The notes under the pieces were generated by a model. It saw only the letters and a list, made by a program, of their open reading frames with translations, had not been told where the DNA came from and ran no database searches. The translations under genes were made by a program, and so were the position numbers. Shown here piece by piece: positions 55,126 through 61,650 of a stretch of DNA of 64,000 nt. Positions within the stretch are counted from its first letter, which is position 1, and each line of letters opens with the position of its first letter. The stretch comes from Limisphaerales bacterium (GTDB taxonomy: Bacteria; Verrucomicrobiota; Verrucomicrobiia; Limisphaerales; Palsa-1400): the NCBI GenBank assembly GCA_052325505.1, contig JBKQUS010000178.1, positions 10,897-74,896 on the forward strand. The letters run 5' to 3'.

Positions 55126-57693
55126 TCAATTTTGGAACGTCAGTTTAACCCGTTTAGAACGCGAAAAATACAAACTCCAAATAACCAACGACAGAAATGT
55201 CGGCCCCACAGCCGTAGTCGCCTGCGGATGAACGTTCGTCGTCACTGTTGTAACTTTTCGGGTTTGGGCCAGCCCAACATCTACTGTGGTAGCAACGAAT
55301 TGAACGGAAAGATAAATAACGGCCAACATTGGGAAAATTCTTCTCTTTTGGAAAAACAACACCACAAGCAAGATTGCAAAATAGAACAGGGTTATTCGCA
55401 CGAAAAGTTCATAAAGCAGCAACGGGGCGAGCATCGCATCGAATGTGACGTTTGCCGAATCGGTGATGGCGCGCCAGCTTGAGGTTGAATACAGCGGCCC
55501 CAATTTCACAAATAGAAAAAACTGCATGAGAATTGCGCCCACCAGTCCTATGCCCAAAAGAATCAGCCATCCGCCCAACCCCTGAAGTTTCGGGTCGGAA
55601 AATGAAGGGATTGGCGGAGGAGATTTTGGTTTGTAGCGGTAAATTGCAATCATGGCAATCAATAGAACAAGGGAATAAGAAATCACCGCCATCCAGAGGC
55701 TCCAGTTTGGTGAACTATTGAGAACCGTCCCCGGAACGGGTTTGGTGAAAGTGAGGTCAAGATGGCGTGAGACTTGGTTCACGGCTGCCAGATAGTCGGG
55801 AATGTCGTTCGTTGCGATTCCGTAGTTGAGCGTTATCAACTGGCAAACCACGGTGATCTGGTTGTTTGTGCAAGCCGTTTTATGATAAAAGAAAAACCCT
55901 TTGGTTCGGAGTTTTTCCTCATCCGGCACGACTCGCCACGGTTCATGGGGTTCAATCTGAATCCGGTGGGTGAAATTTTCGGGATATGGAACGGCCAGGG
56001 GCAGTTTGCGCTCTTTTTTCGTTGGAATGAACAAACGTTCCATGATTCCATCCAAAAAGAACTCGGCGGCAATGAAATTCGTCTGCGCCGCCGGTTTCCA
56101 AATGTTTGGAATAAGATAGTGCTCGGTTATTTGTATTCGGTTGAACTCTTCCTCGTCTCGCACCTGTGTCGGCGCGCCGGCAATAATGCCTGCGTAGTAT
56201 TTCTTGTAATAATCCAATCCGCTTTGCTCCAGCGAGTCCCGGCTGAAAGAGGCCAATCCCCAGCGGATAAAATCCGCATCACGCCCTTCAAAAGTTTTCT
56301 CAACCGTGAGTTTGGTAGGCGCGTTCGTCAGAACATCGAATTTCTCCATGATGGCTGTCATCGGCATTCCCGCGCGCGTTGGAAGAATAGCAATCAGTCC
56401 TGGTGAATTTTCGCCCAAGAGCAGCCCCATGCCATAATCATCAATAAACCGCGCGGCCAATGGCCCCCGCTGAAAAGAGCGAGTCACGTCAACGTAATTT
56501 GTTCTTCCATCAAAAACCACCTGCACGATTGCATGATCAAATACCAACGGGGTGGGAATGAGACCTTTCAACCGCTCGCGCAACTGGGTGCTAACCAGCA
56601 CCGGCGAGGCGTCAACACCGAGAGACCGAAGAATCGTGCAGAGAAGGAGTGCTTTGTCTTTGCAATCGCCATAGCCACGGGCGAAAACTATGGACGGGTC
56701 GGTAGGCTCATGTGAGTTGATGCCGTTTTCAATGCCCAAATACCGAATGTCATCCTGAACAAATTGAAGTGCTTTGACGATGCGCTGCTCGTCCGTGGCG
56801 TTTTCGTCCCGGAATGACGTTATCTTCTGTTGCAGTTCTTTTGAAGGCGTTTCAGCCCGGAAAGGTTTTCCAGCCCAATCCGCAACGTCCGGCCAAGTCC
56901 GATAATCGCTAAAATGAGCCGTGGCATACGGAACTACTGTTTTCGGAATAAAATCTTCCATTTGCTCAACCGGACGATTTTCCCAATGCCAGGAATACTC
57001 ATAAAACTGGTCGGTGACGTTGCGACTCTTGGGAGCGTTCCCCATGATTTGAACCCAAAGCGGCTGATAAGAGCGCGGCCAGAGAAGGCGGTAATTTTCA
57101 GTTTGAATCGGGAATGGCCACTTTAATTGCAAGACATCATAAAAATGTCCAGCCTCGACAGGATTTCGCCCACGAATCGTGTAGGCATATTCAACCCAAT
57201 CCCCGACCCGGACATCCTCCAGAAACAGCAGGGCTGTCTTTGCCCCATTGTAAATCTGGCGGTCCAAATCCTTTTCCTGCTGGATCACCCGGATTTTGTC
57301 GGGATTCAACTGGTCTAAAACTTGGTCGCCACGGTGAATGACGATTTTATGGAGAACCAGCTTTTGGTAGGAGGGATCAAAATTAAACGACAGGCGTGAA
57401 TTGGCTTCTACGCCGCTGGAAGAAAGGAATTTCTGAGCAATGTGATAAAATCGTTCTTGGGTGGCTCCGTTGATTTCCACGTCATACAGGAGGCAAAACA
57501 CACCCGAAGACGCCTCTTGTTCGAGCGGGTTATCGTATTCCTTTATCTCCACGGAAGATGTCCAGGTAGGAATCGGCTCAATCGTAAAATCCGGTTGTGC
57601 CGCGAAGGAACGGAAACTGCAAATGGCAATCAGGGCGAAGAAACATTTTCTGAAGGAGAAAACTTGCGCGGCCAGCCGAACGATTTTCGTCAT
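55126..57693 (-). CDS. DUF3857 + transglutaminase-like core protein with C-terminal polytopic membrane domain
   Basis: 855 aa with a signal peptide. The N-terminal region has a DUF3857-like pattern (VRVGDWVEYAYTIRG). The TGase core has GYGDCKDKALLLCTILRSLGV (Cys), FDHAIVQV (His) and YVDVT (Asp). The C-terminus has ~5 TM helices. Confidence 0.7.
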   Translation of the reverse strand: MTKIVRLAAQVFSFRKCFFALIAICSFRSFAAQPDFTIEPIPTWTSSVEIKEYDNPLEQEASSGVFCLLYDVEINGATQERFYHIAQKFLSSSGVEANSRLSFNFDPSYQKLVLHKIVIHRGDQVLDQLNPDKIRVIQQEKDLDRQIYNGAKTALLFLEDVRVGDWVEYAYTIRGRNPVEAGHFYDVLQLKWPFPIQTENYRLLWPRSYQPLWVQIMGNAPKSRNVTDQFYEYSWHWENRPVEQMEDFIPKTVVPYATAHFSDYRTWPDVADWAGKPFRAETPSKELQQKITSFRDENATDEQRIVKALQFVQDDIRYLGIENGINSHEPTDPSIVFARGYGDCKDKALLLCTILRSLGVDASPVLVSTQLRERLKGLIPTPLVFDHAIVQVVFDGRTNYVDVTRSFQRGPLAARFIDDYGMGLLLGENSPGLIAILPTRAGMPMTAIMEKFDVLTNAPTKLTVEKTFEGRDADFIRWGLASFSRDSLEQSGLDYYKKYYAGIIAGAPTQVRDEEEFNRIQITEHYLIPNIWKPAAQTNFIAAEFFLDGIMERLFIPTKKERKLPLAVPYPENFTHRIQIEPHEPWRVVPDEEKLRTKGFFFYHKTACTNNQITVVCQLITLNYGIATNDIPDYLAAVNQVSRHLDLTFTKPVPGTVLNSSPNWSLWMAVISYSLVLLIAMIAIYRYKPKSPPPIPSFSDPKLQGLGGWLILLGIGLVGAILMQFFLFVKLGPLYSTSSWRAITDSANVTFDAMLAPLLLYELFVRITLFYFAILLVVLFFQKRRIFPMLAVIYLSVQFVATTVDVGLAQTRKVTTVTTNVHPQATTAVGPTFLSLVIWSLYFSRSKRVKLTFQN

Positions 57694-58080
57694 TTTGTCT
57701 GCGCGGAATTCAAACCGATTTTCCGTTGCCGCGCAAGGTTAGACAATGATTTTTCAAAGCGCCAGCAAGCCCATCAATGAAACCATTGATTGAAAAACTT
57801 TCTGCTATATGCAGATGTTTTAATCGGCTTTCCACTACTGAACAATCACTCAATCAACCCTCCACAATGATGGCTATGCAACGTAATCACTGTCGCGTCC
57901 GCAGCGCGATAAAACCGAGGGCAATTATATGGCGGCGGCGGAAAATTCAAGGATTCTACGGGTCGGCTCGAACACCCTGACTCGCCGCTTCCGTTCCTGC
58001 CTTGAGTTTTCCGCCGCCGCCAAAGCCCTCGCCTCTAGGTTTTCATCGCGCACACCTGTCGCTGCGCGACCAGAAAACAA

Positions 58081-58698
58081 ATGAAAATTATGAACTCAAC
58101 ACCATCTGTCAAAGTCACTCCACCGTTGCCGCGCCTTGTCACCCATTGGCGGCGGTTTTCCAACGGCCTCTGGCGCGTGCCCGAAGGCGACATTGCCGCC
58201 GCCTATTGCGCGGACACATTCCCCAAAATCAAAGTATTCACGCACGAAGGACGTTTGTTCACCAACTGCGGTTGCAATTACTCGAAATATATTGCAGCCG
58301 AAGTCAATTGTTACCCGCTTGTTGCTCCCGACGATTATCGCGGCGCGGAGGGTGTGCCATATTCGTATGAAGGGCGCGAGGCGGCCTACAAGGGAAAAGT
58401 TTTCAAACTCGGCGCAAAAGTTCTCTTTGTCGCATCCGACCCGACGCTGGCGGAGTGGCGGCAGTTGGCGCGCGTGCTTTACGCCGATGGCGGATTGTTT
58501 GCCGCGCATTGCACCTACACGGAATTTATCGGCAACCGATTTGATCCGCAGTCGGAGAACGGACGCGCCGCGCGATTCAAAGAACTGGCTGAATGTGGCG
58601 CGCGGGCGATGCCACGCACCCAAGCCGAAATGAGCCGCTTGCTGGCGCGGGAAATCAGCGCAACCAATCAACCGCAGCAAATTGATTTTGCGTTATGA
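58081..58698 (+). CDS. Hypothetical protein
   Basis: 205-aa ORF with an ATG start, convergent with the AAA+ gene. No motif recognised. Confidence 0.4.
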   Translation: MKIMNSTPSVKVTPPLPRLVTHWRRFSNGLWRVPEGDIAAAYCADTFPKIKVFTHEGRLFTNCGCNYSKYIAAEVNCYPLVAPDDYRGAEGVPYSYEGREAAYKGKVFKLGAKVLFVASDPTLAEWRQLARVLYADGGLFAAHCTYTEFIGNRFDPQSENGRAARFKELAECGARAMPRTQAEMSRLLAREISATNQPQQIDFAL

Positions 58699-58722
58699 CA
58701 ACGCGCGGCCACCAAGCCGCTG

Positions 58723-59634
58723 TCAACGGACAATGAGGCAGTCGCGGGATTCATCCACCTGCAACCTGCCGCCGGAATTTTTTCCGGCGAGCAGATGTTC
58801 GGCCAGGGCGTCGCCGACCTGCTTTTCAACGGCGTCACGCATCGGGCGCGCGCCGAGCTTGGGATGAAAACCCTTTCGGACGAGAAAGGGCAAAACTGTT
58901 TTATCCAATTCGAGTGTGTGACCGCGCGCGGCGAGGAACTCGACTTCGCGTGACAAAAACTTTTCAGCAATTTCCAACTGGTGTTCATAGCTCAAGCGAC
59001 CGAACACCAGTTTTTCAGTGATGCGGGCAAAAATTTCAGGACGCAGGGCTTGTTGTGCGCGGGAAAGGACGTGGCGCTCCAGCGTCGCGTCGTTGGAATG
59101 TTGCAAGGTCATCAATTCCGCCGAGCCGATGTTGGAAGTCAGCCACACATAGAACCCGCTGAAATCCAAAGTCTGTCCCGTTGCAATCGTGATTCGCGCC
59201 GCATCCAGCAGTTGCAACATGATGTCCAGCACGCGCGGATGCGCTTTCTCCGCTTCGTCGAACAACAACGATCCTTCCGCCGCGCGTTCGCGCACCGCGC
59301 CCAGGTAGCCGCTTTCACCGAGCCGCGCGCCAAGCAAAAGTCCAAGCGATTCCTGCGTTTGAAATTCTGACATATCGAAACGGAAAAGTTTTTCCGCTCC
59401 GAAAATTTGTCTGGTCAGCACGACCACCGTTTCTGTTTTGCCAACGCCGGTTGGTCCGAGCAGCAGAAAACTGCCGCGCGGACGGGCGGGCTTGGTGAGG
59501 CTCAATTCGCCGCGTTGCACCACCGAGACCACGCGCGGCAGGACTTGATTCTGCCCGCGAATTTCCGTCCGCAACACCCCTTCCACTTTGCGGAGGCGTT
59601 CGAGTTTTTGAGTATCAAAAGTCGTTGTATTCAT
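58723..59634 (-). CDS. Stand-alone AAA+ ATPase resembling the ClpA/ClpB D2 module
   Basis: 303 aa. It has Walker A LLGPTGVGKTE, Walker B LLFDEAEKAHP, a TSN sensor-1 block and the D2-small domain pattern (ARPMRDAVEKQV). There is no N-domain, middle domain or D1. Confidence 0.8.
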   Translation of the reverse strand: MNTTTFDTQKLERLRKVEGVLRTEIRGQNQVLPRVVSVVQRGELSLTKPARPRGSFLLLGPTGVGKTETVVVLTRQIFGAEKLFRFDMSEFQTQESLGLLLGARLGESGYLGAVRERAAEGSLLFDEAEKAHPRVLDIMLQLLDAARITIATGQTLDFSGFYVWLTSNIGSAELMTLQHSNDATLERHVLSRAQQALRPEIFARITEKLVFGRLSYEHQLEIAEKFLSREVEFLAARGHTLELDKTVLPFLVRKGFHPKLGARPMRDAVEKQVGDALAEHLLAGKNSGGRLQVDESRDCLIVR

Positions 59635-59666
59635 GGCCTTCCATCATGCCCGAAAAAAATTTCAAG

Positions 59667-59686
59667 TTGTGTAACGGGTTACACAA
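59667..59686. promoter_or_regulatory. 20-bp palindrome TTGTGTAAC-GG-GTTACACAA (operator candidate), copy 2
   Basis: This is the exact reverse complement of 31697-31716. It lies 32 nt upstream of the AAA+ ATG (59634) and 75 nt upstream of the VirB2-like ATG (59762). Confidence 0.6.
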
Positions 59687-59761
59687 AGCGCCCGCTGAAA
59701 AATGAGATGCTGACCCACGATTCGGCGGAAGAATCCGCCGCGAAAATAAAAAACTGAAACT

Positions 59762-60118
59762 ATGAAAAGACTATTCGTTCCCAAAAAAGTCCGTGCGCGG
59801 ATGCGCTCCGTGTTCACCGTCGCGGTCTTGCTCGCGCTCAACGCCCTGCCCGCCTTCGCGCAGAGCACGACCTTCAACTCGACCGACTTGAAGACCGGCC
59901 TCAGCAACAGCCTTGCCGTCATCATGATGTTCGGCTTCGTTCTCGGCATTTTCGCCGTCATCTACGGCGGCTTCGCCATCCGGCGCGGCGACGTGGATCA
60001 GGGCAAGATGTCCATCATCGGCGGCGCGATCATCGCGGCGGCTCCTGCCATCGTCTTCGCCTTCTACAAAATCTTTGGGCTGGATTCCAACAGCGCGGTT
60101 GGCGTCGGCAGCTTCTAA
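59762..60118 (+). CDS. VirB2/TrbC-like pilin candidate
   Basis: 118 aa with a long signal peptide (ends ALPAFAQ) and two hydrophobic helices separated by a basic loop (IRRGDVDQGK). It is the first gene of the T4SS unit. Confidence 0.6.
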   Translation: MKRLFVPKKVRARMRSVFTVAVLLALNALPAFAQSTTFNSTDLKTGLSNSLAVIMMFGFVLGIFAVIYGGFAIRRGDVDQGKMSIIGGAIIAAAPAIVFAFYKIFGLDSNSAVGVGSF

Positions 60119-60160
60119 CAAGGCGAATCGTTAATTCAAATCCATCCGGCAAAACTGAAC

Positions 60161-60496
60161 ATGAGCGCAAAAAACGAACTGCGATTGACCGACACCAACG
60201 CCGCGTCCGACTCCAAAGGACGCACCTGGGGTTTGGAGGGAGGTTTGTTCTGGTGGTTGGTGGCGGGCATCGGCGCGGGCATCACCCTGTTCTTTGTGTT
60301 GCTCGTCGTCGTCGGTTCGTCGCTTACCGTGTCTTTCCTTGTGGCGCTCGTGCCGTTGCTGATTTGCCTCGCTTACATCTTCGGATTGCGGCAGGGCAAG
60401 CCACCCGGTTACGACCGCGACATTTTTGAATACGCTGTGCATGGCTGCGGCTTCAGTCCCGAAGTTCACCGTTCCTGCGTTCATCCACTTTTATGA
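60161..60496 (+). CDS. VirB3/TrbD-like small membrane protein candidate
   Basis: 111 aa with two adjacent TM helices (WWLVAGIGAGITLFFVLLVVV, VSFLVALVPLLICLAYIFG). It sits between the pilin-like and VirB4-like genes. Confidence 0.5.
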   Translation: MSAKNELRLTDTNAASDSKGRTWGLEGGLFWWLVAGIGAGITLFFVLLVVVGSSLTVSFLVALVPLLICLAYIFGLRQGKPPGYDRDIFEYAVHGCGFSPEVHRSCVHPLL

Positions 60497-60909
60497 ATCC
60501 TGAAACCAAAACATTGTCGCCATCCCAAGCGCAACCCATTGGCAGTGTTGAATCCACGCCATCGGAATCCGTGCTGATTCAATTCAGCGGCCACCGCCAG
60601 ACGTGCGGTTTTCCCAAAAGCGATTTCCAGCAGTCAGATTTCATTCTAACGGAAATACGCCGGCAACATCCCAATCGCCCGCCCCAAGAACTGCGTTTGC
60701 TTACTCCCGGAGTGATGGTCACGCTGGTTGGCTGGCGATTGAATTTGCTGCCGGAGCTTATAGCCAATGGAAAGGTCAATTCCATTCGCGCGGTGGACGG
60801 CGCGTCCGCCAAAGTGGTCATGGAAGAACCACTGGTCTGTTCCATCCATATTTTCCGCCATAGTTCGGCCACGACCATCGCCCTGCTTCCGTCACCATCC
60901 CGTTCCTGA
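60493..60909 (+). CDS. Conserved ICE protein, MNPE-family paralog 1
   Basis: 138 aa with an ATGA overlap with the previous stop. It shares GFP...L.L..P....V.LVGWRL.LL...I..G......(S/E)IH(I/V) with the next gene. Confidence 0.55.
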   Translation: MNPETKTLSPSQAQPIGSVESTPSESVLIQFSGHRQTCGFPKSDFQQSDFILTEIRRQHPNRPPQELRLLTPGVMVTLVGWRLNLLPELIANGKVNSIRAVDGASAKVVMEEPLVCSIHIFRHSSATTIALLPSPSRS

Positions 60910-60948
60910 CTTCGATCAATTGCCACATCAAATAATTCACCACGGTTT

Positions 60949-61362
60949 ATGAATCCCGAAAAATCACACCATCATCCAAACAAACTGAAACGCCAGTTCA
61001 CCGGCTGCGTCGAATTGATTCCACCACCGCCGGATTTCATCGAATTTGTGGACACGCACCGGATATGGGGCTTTCCCATCCGGCATCTCACGCAATTTGT
61101 CCTGCAAGAGCGTTCCCGCGACGGCAATCCAAAGACCACGCCGCCAGACCAATTGATCCTGATTTATCCAACCGCCTGGGTGGTGCTGGTGGGCTGGCGG
61201 CTGGAATTGCTGCTTGGCGCACTCATTTGCGGGCGCATCGCTCGCGTTCACGCGGAAAATCATCTCGGCCCGCTGATAATCGGGGAGGCGTGGGTTTCAG
61301 AAATTCACGTTCTGCTGCAAGACAGTCGGATTTTGGAACCGGAGAAACGAAGCGATTGGTAG
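60949..61362 (+). CDS. Conserved ICE protein, MNPE-family paralog 2
   Basis: 137 aa, roughly 30% identical by eye to the 60493 product, with the same MNPE start. Confidence 0.55.
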   Translation: MNPEKSHHHPNKLKRQFTGCVELIPPPPDFIEFVDTHRIWGFPIRHLTQFVLQERSRDGNPKTTPPDQLILIYPTAWVVLVGWRLELLLGALICGRIARVHAENHLGPLIIGEAWVSEIHVLLQDSRILEPEKRSDW

Positions 61363-61368
61363 GCCGCT

Positions 61369-61647
61369 ATGAATCCCGAAGAACTCAAGAGCATTGAAAC
61401 GCAGCGGCAGGCATTGCTCGGCCAGCTCAACGCCGCCGAAGCCGCGTTGCGGACCGGCCTGCATACGCACGGCTTCGGCAGCACCGCCCGCGCGCACATG
61501 GAACGGGCGCGGGCGCACATTCAGGAAGCCTACGTCGCCATCAATGAAATCAACCGCGCCCGCACCGTGGAACAACTGGTGAACGACTTGATTCGCGTCC
61601 AGCAGGTGATGGACGCGGCCACACGCGGCAAATCCCAACGCATCTGA
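61369..61647 (+). CDS. Small helical protein (also starts MNPE)
   Basis: 92 aa with predicted coiled-coil-like sequence, immediately upstream of the VirB4-like gene. Confidence 0.45.
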   Translation: MNPEELKSIETQRQALLGQLNAAEAALRTGLHTHGFGSTARAHMERARAHIQEAYVAINEINRARTVEQLVNDLIRVQQVMDAATRGKSQRI

Positions 61648-61650
61648 TTT

